A DNA stretch of 63,469 nucleotides, filler included, from Basidiobolus ranarum (lineage: Eukaryota), in the NCBI GenBank assembly GCA_040143965.1. It is 6 parts of 6 records of this genome, joined end to end, with 100 filler letters (N's around TTAATTAATTAA, not from the genome) between each part and the next. Parts side by side here need not be neighbours in the genome. Positions count along the whole stretch, not along the records: positions 1 to 10,515 come from JASJQH010007573.1; positions 10,616 to 21,116 come from JASJQH010007574.1; 4 more parts are not named here. One strand, 5' to 3'. The stretch's first letter is position 1. The number at the start of each line of letters is the position of its first letter. A program made the translations under genes and the position numbers. A model generated the notes under the pieces. The model had not been told where the DNA came from and made no database searches. It saw only the letters and a program-made list of their open reading frames with translations. This document shows, in pieces, positions 1 through 12,572 of the stretch.

Positions 1-97
1 TGCAAAAGGTGAACATGGTCTGGAATTCCCGTTCCTGCATGTCCTCTGGGAATCCTATGACAAAAATGGTCGTGATATCTTCGATGACGTTTTGCAT
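1..97 (-). CDS. 5' end of an RRM RNA-binding protein (Whi3/Scw1-like), truncated by the window edge
   Basis: Reverse complement from ATG at 97 reads MQNVIEDITTIFVIGFPEDMQEREFQTMFTFC. The RNP2-like TIFVIGFP and EREF..MF are typical of fungal Whi3/Scw1-type proteins. Not in the ORF track. Confidence 0.65.
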   Translation of the reverse strand, partial: MQNVIEDITTIFVIGFPEDMQEREFQTMFTFC

Positions 98-3000
98 TTT
101 GTCAGTTCTCTAAGAAACGAGGTAAGGGAAAGTGATTGAAGATAGAAACTATTTCCTAAGAGAATATAAATCTAACAAAACAAGATATGAAGATGCAAGA
201 GGAGAGAGTTATGCGTGTAGTGTCACTATTAAGTATGTTTGAATGTATGTATTATACTGAAGAAACAGTCCTGTCTTGCACCGAAGATAGAAATACGCGA
301 GAACGTGTCAAGAATGGATTGAGTTTATAGGTGACAGCAGGTACGAAAGATAAGGGGAGAAAAATCAGACCAGTGGTTCGGACCCAGGGGACGCATTAAA
401 TTTGTGAACGAAAAAAAGATGCTCTACACCAAGAAGGTACATCCAGACGCAATGTGAATCTGGATACATAATAGGCTAGGACTCAAGTTCAATCTAGAAC
501 TCAGCTTGATACATATCCCAATGATTGGACACGCATTAACCAACAAACACTTCGATGTAGCCCAGTGATACTGATAAGGATCGGATGAATTTGTGTTTTG
601 GTAAAATAGAATTCTTGAAGTAGTAGTGCAAACAAGATCATCAAATACCTGATATGGTAGCTACAGATAGTATTGCAATTCCCACTAGCCTTGCCAACAC
701 TGTCTTTTAGCGTATCTCCAGTAGGCAGAAGCGGGACACCTTTACAGTAAACAGTGCCCTTGAACAGGTCTAAAGAGAGGACTAGCATATGCGCAGCCTA
801 AATACAGGGCTCGAGTGGTTCACGGTTTCTCTAATATTGAAATACTGAACAGTGGCTGAGTTTTAAGACATTGTGATGTAGATCGCGCAAAGCTAGGATG
901 ATAAAATCCATTGGGTCTTCTGATGGGGCACCCCTGATCTGTTTACTTACATCTGAAAAGAGTGTGCCTGTGGTTAGAGCCTGCAAAACCAAGAAACACC
1001 CTGTGCTCATAACACATGATGGCCACTGGTCTATATGAATATGGTACAACACCTACGCGACGATCAGTTTTAAAGTTTGTCAACATGTATTAGGTTGTTT
1101 AACAGTGGTAACGGTTGTGATGGTCTAACCAAAACTGTTCCTTGTTGAGTTGCACCAGGGCCAGCTGTGGGTTGGCAGAGAATGAACTTCGGCTATAATT
1201 AGATCCTCGGTAAATATGGATTTGCTAAATACCTTATGGAATGCTATTTTGCTACATGCATTATGATGCTACTAACTAAATCGAACTTTCTTTTTCTGAA
1301 ACTCCCACTACCAATAAAACCCATTCTCCAAAAGCGGACTATCACAATGTTGGAATTTGTGAATTCCGAACTTTCCCATTCTAAGACCTGTGTCATATCT
1401 ATAACATTGATAAGCTCCAATTGCTCGGCCTTTGTCTACTCTAAATCCTGACCATGGTGCTGTTAAACTAGTGCACTATTCCGACCCCCCCTCATTTGCC
1501 AGATTTATACCAATCCCATTTCGTTCTTATTTAGATGTTATGTATTTGGTGCTTCTACACAGAAGTGCAACATGGTTCCAGGCTTCTTGATGTTCATCCA
1601 CTTCCTTTTGCGAGCATGTTGGTGTAAGAACAAGCAGTTCTCGTATAAATCATCGCGCTAGACAATTCTAACTGGGGTAATGAGAGATGGCCATACTTCG
1701 CTTAACATAGCGACTCTACTCGTATCGAGTGGCTGATCACAGGATTCGGCCTTAGTATCAGTGACAAGCAGAGAATGATCATGGGGCTGTAAGGTTTATT
1801 TTGCCATGTAATGGTGGAAGGAGATGTATGGCTACTACAAATAGAAACGCCTAAGAAATCTTAAATAATAGATTGTTATGAGATGAAAGAACGTGTTTAG
1901 CTTAGTCCAGATCCTTAATTTTGACCTTTTCAATGTAGAAGTAATCCAATTTAGGCTGAGTTCTCGCATTATCAGTGTAAACTCAAATGTAAATATCCGC
2001 CAGTAAGTTCTCTACCACCTTCCAATCAAAACTATTTGGGAATGACTTTGTGATCTCGAGGACAGGGAATAAGTATTCCATATTGGAGAGTGGATCACGG
2101 TAGTACGAGAAAGGTAACACTTGAGGCTACGGTGTAACTCTGGGTCCGTTAGACAAGTGAATACTGAATATCTCACGCTGGTCAATCAATTCATGTCGCT
2201 GGAATCTTTCTAAGAGCTTTTACCTTTTGACCGAGTGTAAACTTGCTATTACCCTTGAGGGAGAGGGTTTCGAAGCTGGTAACTACGAAACCAACTAAGA
2301 GAAGAAAAAAATTGTGAAGGTGATTTAATGATGGAGTTATCCATGGCAAACTTGGCAGTATAGATATATATAGAACATGGTCATGGCTCGATAAATAGTT
2401 GATAATGTTAGGCCCTGTTCAGTATTAGGGAGGCCGCTCAGCATGTGTACTTCAGCTAAATTTGACAAGCATCTCAGCAAGTTCCCGAGATTGAAAGGTG
2501 ATTTGGGGTCACTTTTTTTACTCCATAATACGATGGACTAAGGCAGTATGGAGAATCATCAAAGTAACGGATATGAGATTAAGCGCTCTGTAGCCTGTTT
2601 CCAACTTTCTAAAAATATGCACCAAAGTGTTAGCGGTAATTACAATATCACGCCAATATAGCGTGCGTTTGGCGTTAAAAATACAAGTATGATATGGTTA
2701 CCAAGCGCCCCTTGAGAGGTGATAGTGTGACCTATGAAGAACTTAGCCGACAATATCGGAAACAAAGGATATTTAAAAAAGGAAATGATTTCGAATAATT
2801 TGGTGATTTATTATTAAGTGATGGTTCTCCAAATGAAGATTAGTCCCACGCATCATGTTACACGATATATCATAAATTGCACGGATTTTGAAGATCTTTT
2901 TCATGTGAGCACTGCCTATTAGACAACAACTGGAGCCTTTTCCGGCTGATCTTGATTTAGCAGGCATAAGGAGCTCAAGCTTGGATATATCGATTGTTCT

Positions 3001-4629
3001 ATGGCTAATAAGAATAGGCGAGTCTGATCCAGTGACACTGAGAAATCTGTAAGTCCTTTTATGAAGGATTGTCACTTTCATATGCAATACACTCAACATA
3101 TCCACCAACTTTACGTATATATTACTGCTGATTCCGGACGTAACCGAAAGCTACCATGTGGGCACACCTCCTCGATCCTAATTTTCACTGAATAACATCG
3201 ACTTTAAATCAAATATTGTACTTGTGATCGGTTGTACGAGATACCGCTACTTCCACAACGGTATCAATGTTTCAGGAAAGCCAGGAAGCTGACGTACCAA
3301 AACCATACCATCCTTGTTTTCTACATCCAATAGTATGGTAAAATCCTACCGCAGCGGAAGAAGTTGGAGTGCAGTAAACAAAGGAGGGTATGGACCTATC
3401 AATCAATGCCCAATACCTTGTTACTGAGCGAATTGAAGCAAAAAACTAGTTTCACATGAAGAAACATAGATTGAGAACAAAGCCCGTGCTTGCAAGGATC
3501 CATGAAAGAATCAAAATAGACATTCGATAGAGCAGAACTTAGAAAAATTGAAACTTCGGGTGGAAAATCCTCTCGTAGTGAGCGGGCAAGATATTTGGGA
3601 GAATTGAGAATATTTTGAAAAGAAATAGGTGTAAGTTGACTATTCACTGCATCACAAATGAAATCTTCCTTTAGAGGTTGTTGGGTCCAAGAGAAAAGTG
3701 AGTCTTTATAGATAACACTTATTATGAGATTTGGGAAACATCAGGACAATGTATATGGTTTATCAACATATGGATAGTCAGATGTGGGTGGGTAAACAAT
3801 ATACTTCACCAGGATGTCTGGAGGACAGTGCATTTCGTGAGAGTAGGAATGTAAGATACTCATATTGGATATTCCCCTTAATTGGAGATATCCCATATAG
3901 ACACAAACAGAGGTTTCTTGAATATTGATCGGAGTTTGGACTAAAAAAATACCACAGGTATTATTAGAGTGCGTCCAATGATTGTAGCAGTATCATGCAC
4001 TTGAAGTGTAAACAATTGAACTTCATGGCTAGGATATTTATCCCATTCCCTCAACATAAATCTACCAATATTAACCTATCAGCAACCAAGAGTTACAAAA
4101 AAGGTGCTTCTCTCATTATTCCACTTTTCCAGTGTTACAAGTGCTCCCCTTGGTAAGTGTCAGTTTGACTATGTATATTTAAAGAGGATTAGGGGCCAGG
4201 GTGTCAATAAACAAGTTTAGTTATTCGAAGGTGTGTGTGAACAAGTACAGAACTCATCAACACTTTCAATGATTTCTATGCAAGATGCTTTGAAGCTGGA
4301 ATTGGACTGCGTAGAGAAAAGGTGAGAGTACCCAGTAACACACGATCTCATAATTGATGTTCGCAAAATAAGCGTAGTATATATATGGCTGGTAAGAATC
4401 TATAAACGAAGCATAACCACACAAAGGCACACACTAATTAAGTAGCAACACAGATAGTAGCGATAAAAAAGATTGTGATAATGTACTTTATGAAGTTTCT
4501 GACAAACAAAAAGATGTATCGGGAGTCAAATAGTGTTTAATACGGAACAAAAGGAAATCTTAATTTAAAATAATTTCGAAACGCTCTCTCTGGAACATAA
4601 AAACAAAGTAATTCGGAATTGAATGGATA

Positions 4630-7600
4630 TTACATACTGGTATTAGGGTATGATGATTTTGTGGTAGAAGATGGCTGCGGCGGTGGTGGTGTGCTGGTTC
4701 TAGATGATGTGAAGTTGGACAGTCCATATAGCTTTTTCGATGTCATGCTGGTGAAATGTCCATTCTGATGTGCTTTGGTGGGGGTAACCGTGCTCATGCG
4801 TCCAGCACCATCTCGATGCTTCAAATATCGCTGTGAAAAGGTATCTCCTTGAGCAGCAGCCTTAGAAAACCAGTACATCGCTGAAGCTATGTTAGCTTCG
4901 TTGTATTTCACATTTGTATCATACATAAATGAGAAGAAAGTAGGCGTAGTGGGCGTGCTGGGGCTTGGTGGTGTAGGCGACCGATGTCCTCGCGTACCAC
5001 TCGTAAGAGAAGTGGGCGAAGGGCAAACAAAAGAACCAAGATTGTTTGGAATGGTTGGTAAAGACAAGTATAAAATTGCCAATTCCCTTTGGGCGACAGG
5101 GTGATCTTCTTTAGCAGCTGAATGAATACGTTAGCATTGTCTTATTCGGAATCAGTAAATTACACACATCAAGCACTACTTACCAATGGTAAACAGCCTC
5201 ACTGCCTCCATTTGATGGAGCGCTTCTTCCTGTTCTTCCAATTGATAATCGATACTAATACTCAAATTCGACTCATTTGCCGAACGATTATTTTCGGCTT
5301 TTCTAGGGTTTTTGCGCCATTCTCCAGCATGGTCCACCAATTCGGTGCCTCTCGCGACGATCTTATTAACGACTTCCTTCTTAAGACTGGTAACTGCAAG
5401 TGACATATCCCAAAAAACCTTTCCCTCATCACTAAGATCCAATATGACTGAGGGGATGAAGCTAGCTATGATCTGCATATCCCGAACTAATCCTCGTGGG
5501 CGCACCTTGCGAAATACCAGCTCTATTTCATCTACAATCGAATCTGTGCCAGGGACATTTTCCGACGTTAAGTGTGCCACGATAAATAGTTCTAAAGCAT
5601 ATAGTGTATGGAGCTTCTGGAAAGGTGATGGATGAAGCGTAAGATGTGTACAAAGGGCACTATAGGCAAGAGAGTCATCACATGGCACTCGAATACCATT
5701 TCGGTAAGATGATTTCAAGGAGATGGTATCCGATAGAATCGAAGACAGGCTCTCTCCGAGGGGTGTGAAAGTAGAGGCAGTAGGAGCAGGTGAAGATATT
5801 GAAAGTCCAGAGGTTGTGGTAGTTGAAGAGACGGTGGAGACGCTTTTGGGAGACGAAGGTGGGTAAATATCTTGGTTTAGATGACAAGTACGATACTGCT
5901 CATCTTCCGCGTAACACTGTGATATTCCAGAAAATGATGCTGCGTATCTAGGGTTAGTGTCTGGTTCATACTCTTCATTAGATGGCTCCTCAGCACTCAA
6001 AAACTCATTAAACCATCCATCGGTTTCTGTATATTTGTACAGATAGTTGAAATCACTCAAGATGAAGCCAAGCAATTTCATTTCCATTGTAAGAGCAAAA
6101 TCACCTCCAGTCAAGTTGTGGTATGCCGTATCGTTGGCCCAATATTGCCCTTTCAGTTCTTGACCTAGATTGGACGCAACTCCAGAGATGAAACTCCTAC
6201 CTAGAGAAGCAGGAGAGGAAGGTGTGCTCTTTTTGCGTTGGTAGCTTGGCTGTACTGCGCGACGAACAAACGACTTGCTCCCAGCGTAAAATGATAAAGA
6301 GCCTGAACGACTGAGACCATTGCCGCCATGTGATTTACGATTTTGGTGAGAGTGGACAGCTGCTTCTTTACTGTACAATTCACTACACCACAATCCCACC
6401 ATGGCACTAGTCTTTAGTGCGTCAATCTCCATACAAAATCGATGGAAACGTTCCTCACCTAGCATGAAATTGTGAATTCCTTTATCTTGGAGGTATTTTT
6501 TTACCTCGGCCTGTTCATTTTCATCGGATGAATGTTTTGAAGAGATATCTGTCAAGGTATGTCTTGATCGTTCGAACTGCCTAGTGTTTCGAAAAGAGGT
6601 ATAAAACATTCGTAATCTTAAACATGAAAATCGATACTCTTTCTTGGTCAGAGCGGATCGAAGTCGGTTTTCATACTCATGAATGTAAGCACCCCAATAT
6701 TCACGCAACTGCCGCTTTGCTTTTCGACGCATTTGCCTTTGTTCAAACGAGCGAGCCGTACATTGAATAAGCTCTGCATAATTATTTTCACGATAAATAT
6801 CAGGTAACGAATCTAGTAAATTTTTCGCGTGTTGGTAGTTGGTTGCCTCACTTAAATTACAAGAAAATCTGGCTGCATTGATGCCTGCATCTAACAACTG
6901 TTGAATTGATATGTCCATAGGAGAGCCACCGCAACACATTAACGTTCCTGGGGAATAGAATTTACCATCGTAATTACTGATAATTCGAAGTACCGCATTG
7001 CCGATCGTTCGTACGCACTCTGGTACTTCAGCTTGATCCCGTGCTTTATCACTCTCGGGAATGGAAGAGAATAATGAGGAAGATGGGAACGACATGGTAG
7101 AAAAATCCAGTGTCTCATCGATTGCCATGCTTGGGTCTTTCAAGGATATTTCAGTAGTAGTAGTACTAACATATAGTAAACACCATGAGTCGTTAGCGAC
7201 ATGCCGAAGCTCATCTACCACTTTCTTCATCTGCGCGACCACACACTCAAAGGGGTCTTGAGGCTTCTTTCCGCGAGGCTGGGTTGACTTGGAACTTGTT
7301 GAAGTCCCAGTCCCATGTTTATGTTGGGACACGAAATCAACCAAATTAACAATGTCACTTGGACAGAGTACAATTGTTGGCGTAACATTTGGAAATATCT
7401 CGGTCGGTGGATAAACTGTTTCAAAAGCTGGGCACAAATGAAAAACAGGAGCGAATTCTGAGGTGGAATCTGTATATAATAGGGTCAGAAAATTACCGAT
7501 GAGCTTCATAATGAGAAAAGGTGAAGGCCACTAAATTACCTGAGGCTCTCGGTTCACTGAGGTCGCTTAACTGTGGTGGAGAGAACCTGTAGACTATCTT

Positions 7601-8860
7601 TTCGACCAAATGCCGGATTTTATTGTCCATATCAGAGCATCTTGACCTGAAGAGATGCAGAGATCAATAACATGAATAAGGAAACGGCCCAATTGACATA
7701 AAAAAGTTACCATCCAGGGGATATATTCGTAAATCTAGTCACGTAACTGTACAGCCTTTGGTGGACTGGGAACAAAATTCTTTGTCGCTGCTTTTCCGAA
7801 AAGTAGTAATCATCAAGCATCCCATAGTACTAAAGCACATCAAATTACACATGTTAGAACAAATGGAAACTACCCTGTAAATATCGAATATAAATACCTC
7901 GGGATACGTGATTGCTCGAGCTAGAAACCGATAAAAAAAGAACTTCACAATCAAAAATAACGAAGCATTATGGTGAAATTGTTCGGGCAATTCTTCTAGA
8001 ATAGCCCGAGAGAGAGATAATATACAGGTAGGAATATACTGATCGAGAATACTAAGGATATCGATGCAAGATTTGTCTAAGAAAGTGTTCATATCAGCGG
8101 CTTTCGCTGAATCAGAAGTACCACCGCTTCGCCCGAAAACTGAGTGACTTTCTTCCTCATTCTCACCGGCTAGTAGTGTCTCACTTCGACGTAAAATCCG
8201 CATCAGTTGTGTCTCCAAGATTCCTTTGGAGTTCCAATCTGTTAACCTGACGTACTTATCGAGCACATCTAGCATAAATTTCTCTCCCTTCTTTTCTTTG
8301 ATCAATGATACGAATACAGTCTTCCAGAGCCCTCTACGTAGCACTTCTTCCTTTTGGAATGCGGGGGACCCGTACAAAACAAAGATTAAAAGATCGACGA
8401 TAGTGGATTTAGCCGAAGTTTTATCAGCTTTTACGAGATTTTCGAGTTCCTCGTTAGTGAGAGCGTTGATGATGTTGGTAATTACTTGAGGTTCATCTCT
8501 CAATTTCTCAACAAATTTGAGTATGGCTGAAGTACTTTGAGAAGAGATAGAGTCTATAAAGCTAGGATGACGAGAGCTAGATATCGCCCTTTCCATCACT
8601 GTCTTTTCGAGATGAACATATCTGGCAGTATATAGTGAGGCAAATTCGCTTTTCGCTTCATGTTTATACAGTTGGTAAAGGTGGTCGAGAGCATCATCTA
8701 GTAGATAATGCTTCCGAGTGGCTAGTTTCAAAGCTAGATTTTGGTTATGGAGTTGTTGAACCTCACGAATATCTTTCTGGCGTTGATAGTTCTCGTTGTA
8801 ATAGAGATGACGAAGGTCAGTCCAGTTGACGACTGGCGATGATAAGGGTAATGAGAACAT
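4630..8860 (-). CDS. Large multi-exon protein: N-terminal RasGAP-like region, C-terminal VPS9-like helical region and Sel1 repeats
   Basis: ORFs 7739..8860, 5176..7509 and 4630..5082 join through GT-AG introns (about 7830-7897, 7647-7710, 7470-7539, 5118-5183). FFYRFLARAITYPEYYGM resembles the RasGAP FLR...P motif. AAKEDHPVAQRELAILY and AMYWFSKAAAQGD are Sel1 repeats. The domain calls are inference. Confidence 0.7.
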
Positions 8861-10515
8861 GGTGTGTGCGTGTGTGTATGGTAGATAATGAGAGTGGAGT
8901 TAAAAGTTGCAGATTACGTGAATAGTTATTCTCTTGATCGTCAATTCTTAAAAAAGCACAAATATCAGCCAAAAGTGGAGGGGCAAACTTCTATTTATCT
9001 TCTTTTAGCTGTCTGCTGGATCTTAACTCACAGTTTGGCTAACAAGTACCCAGACATACTGAGAGAATTAAGCAGTCTTAGGTGAGTTTACTGCTATTCA
9101 GAAAGTTCGTTGAACTATCTATAGGTAGGTGACTAAAGGAACAAAAGCAAGTTATATGAGTTCATCTATAGTAAGGAACCATAGATATTGTACAAACAAT
9201 ATAAGCTCGAGGTATAACGAAAGTTTACGTACGTTTAAACTTTAGCGAATACACTTTACAAAAGTAAGAATATTGGGTAGAAAAGTAAAATTTCGTATAT
9301 CAGAGAAATTCGGCACTCTGGTAAGCTCGGCACAGTGTCCTGGATTGTATTCAGTTGGGTAACTTGGATAGGAATAGCTGGGTTGATGCCAAAGTGTTAT
9401 TTTTATTGAACTTTAGCTAACACTTCTTCTCTGAGTTCCTCTATTTCTCTTTAATTGGTGCGAATTTGCAAAGTAGAGTAAGTGTCAGGTTTGTCACACT
9501 GTGAAATGTTGACTATTACGGAATTAGGGCAGTAATAGGTAACCTTTAAGAGACGAGGAAAAGAGGAAACTGAATAGAAAATAAAAGTTGGATAATAAAT
9601 AATAGGAAAAAAAGAACAGAGGGGTTTAAGGAATTGAAAAGGGTGAGGAAAGAAAGGGGTATGAATATACTTTAGTGGTTGGAGTAGTGTAATACAGGAA
9701 ATTTAACGAAATTCAAGCACTATTTAGTGTTGTAATCCGATTCATCTCAAACGACTGAAAAGAACTTAACTGAATTGTACATGATGATAATAAGTATATT
9801 ACTAGTAAATGATATAGCTTGCGGATACAATTGGATACAAGTAGCATATATTCAACCCCCAGTTTGTAGCAACACTGCCTGCACTGAGCTCCATTAATAC
9901 TCGTGGCGAATCCCATATTTCATTGTGTGGATGTCTCACTCACAATAATGAATAGACGACTAGAAAGCATCTCGTAGCCCATTATTGTGCTTTAACTCCA
10001 ACAAAATGCAATGTGAACCGAAAGTATTACGGAGACGTGTAAGCGGGAAACTAGCCCTTAAATGTTCATACGTAGTTCCAATGGTGCCACCATAATTAGC
10101 TATTAAACAGATCTCAGGAGCGCAGACTCAGTTACACTGGACAAATATTCCAGATGATAGAGATCTTCCAGAACACTGAAGCCTATATTGGACTCCCCCA
10201 ATCTTTCGGTATTTTGCATATGGGGACCACCTATACCGGAATGAATATCAAAATAGCATCCGATTTTACCGTGTATATTGTTTCTGGCTTCTATTTGGCT
10301 CAAGAATGCCTAATCAGTGTCAGGTAATGGGTTTGTACACTGATCGATTTGATGACTGCTGCTTGCATGTGCTTGAAACTGCGTGCTAGAAAAATGGTCT
10401 CTAGCGACCAGAAACCCTTTGTTTCCTTCCTTCTTAGACTGCATTTGTAGGATACTGCTAAGAAGCAATAACGTTGATGCGTGGAGCTTGCATAAGTAAC
10501 CTGCTAAGTAACCTG

Positions 10516-10615
10516 NNNNNNNNNNNNNNNNNNNNNNNNNNNNNNNNNNNNNNNNNNNNTTAATTAATTAANNNNNNNNNNNNNNNNNNNNNNNNNNNNN
10601 NNNNNNNNNNNNNNN
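10516..10615. other. Assembly gap/linker (N44-TTAATTAATTAA-N44)
   Basis: Seen directly; a stop-in-all-frames spacer. Confidence 0.99.
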
Positions 10616-12134
10616 TGTACTTGCATCACAAGGGTTTTGCTTCTATACAGCGGATCGGATAACGATAGATGTGGGTCTTTTGGAAGGATGTCATGCTCTT
10701 TGACTACCAATAGCAACATACTACCAAGAGTCTGTCCTACTCCAGTTAGATTTGACCCGATCCATATATAATCCCAAGGTGCAAATCTACCCACTGATAC
10801 TTCATACATCGCTTCCCTACCTACAGCATTTAACGCACTCAAAGAGCTGCGTAAACGTCCTCTAAGTACATCCAATTCCTCCGGTAACTTGGCATCACTA
10901 CTTGCAATCAAAAAGGTTTTGACTGTATCCTCTAACAATTCGCTTGTGAGTCTCAACGCAGTTCGTGTCTCATCGCTGAAGAAAAATCATTAGTGAAAGT
11001 TGGAAGAAGGCTTCATTCGATGAATACTCACGCCAGCTTCCCAGTCGCACTCCGAGGAAATATTACTAGACTACATATACATGTAATGGCGATTGCCAAC
11101 AAAAGTGGTCGGTTGATCGACCACACAATAGAGAAACTCAATTCCGTAACTCTCATTTTCATAAATAAGGCGAAAAAGAGGGTGATTTGTGCAGCTACAC
11201 AAGGTGTGTACAGTCTAGAATATTTGGTTCTCAGGTAGCCTAAAACAAGCGTGGCGAAGATAAGCCAAACCGCAGCTATTAACGATGCACCATAGTCTGT
11301 CGCGTGGTCACTAGTATTAAATGCGACTAAACAGGCTAACCCGGCATAATTGTATACACCAGCAAGAAGAATAAATATAGCCCCTAATAAAGAGGCCTCC
11401 AGTTGAGCACCTAAAGTTTTATTGGGAGGAAAGAAAATCAACCCGGAACACGTTAAGACATCTACTGGGCCAATCCATTTGGCGGTACTTGGAATAATCA
11501 ATAGAATACTGACTACAACAAATCCAGCTAAACAACGTATAAGAGAGCGAAATCCACTAGGCGTAAGGGAACTTCTACAATGTTTGCGAATAAAATCCCA
11601 GATTCGCTTTGGAAAGTTCTTCTTGTCCTTGAGCTCTTGGGCCCTTCTCTGACGTACTTGAGTTTGAAGAAGAACTGGAGGTTTACCGTATGCCATATCT
11701 TGCTCTATTGCGGACTCCGATTTTATCTCTTTCCCTTTAGAATTCCCCATCATTGGTGTTGCAGAATTCCAACGGTCACCCAGAGAAAACTGAATGTCAG
11801 ACAAGTCGGATATTGAAGATCTTGCTGAGGTAACAGGTGAGCCTCTCTCCTCTGTATCTCCACCACAGCAACCTGAGGGATCGGTCCAATCAGTAACAGT
11901 CACTATTGGAGTAGAAGAATGTGTACGGCAATTGTATTCCGGTCTGAGATAACAGTCTTCGGAAGGGGAATGGATTCTACTAGAAGTGGTAGATTCTTGG
12001 GCTAATTCGTTAAATCTATGGATTATATCATCAGAGGTACTCAGATCAAAGAAACCAGGCCTATCTTCTTCTAAAGAACGGTCACTTAACACACGCGAAA
12101 GTGGCACCTCTCCTGGATCATACTCCTCTTCCAT
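10616..12134 (-). CDS. FUSC/ArAE-family (Bre4-like) multi-pass membrane protein, 3' part lost in the gap
   Basis: Disordered N-terminus, then about 6 TM segments with PNKTLGAQLEA and CSLVIFPRSA motifs. An intron near 10979-11030 joins the helical LRGRLRSSLSALNAVGREAMYEVSVGRF exon. Confidence 0.7.
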
Positions 12135-12572
12135 GTTTACAAAGAAAATATCTAGGAAGGGTTCTCAAAGACTCTAGACGACTGTCAAGTGAAGCAAACA
12201 AAGTTTATATAGTGGTACTATTTCACACTTGTCTATTCTTAGAGAAAACTGGTACGATCAATAATAATTAAAATGGAGATTTTAAAATCGATATTTGGTT
12301 TAGTTAATATATATATATAAAAGGTAAAGAAGGTTCTAAGAATTCAGTGGGCAACCAACCAGAAATTAAGCGAAAACTAAACGAATCCTAATATATTTGG
12401 AAATAAGTTTTGGACTAAGTGTTTAGTGTCACAATAAACAGTGGTAAAAAGTATATGCAAGGGGGCTATAGTATTGTTGACAAAGATATAATACAAAAAA
12501 GGATCAATGAATGTAGTACCAACCCTAAGTTAGATCATGAGGGAGAATAAATATCCCTAGTTGTCGTGTGAC

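Noticed and set aside
3150-3300. VGTPP-containing fragment resembling an aspartic protease
   Set aside because: Immediate stop and no DTG motif; too weak to call.
5312-5635. Antisense ORFs overlapping long genes (also 8226..8489, 43717..44025, 58989..59414)
   Set aside because: Expected shadows of the coding strand, with no motifs of their own.
10103-10515. Continuation of the FUSC-like gene left of the gap
   Set aside because: Different contig; the frame contains a stop and has no recognisable family motif.
10560-10571. Recurrent TTAATTAATTAA palindrome about every 10.6 kb
   Set aside because: Always embedded in N-runs; an artificial linker, not biology.
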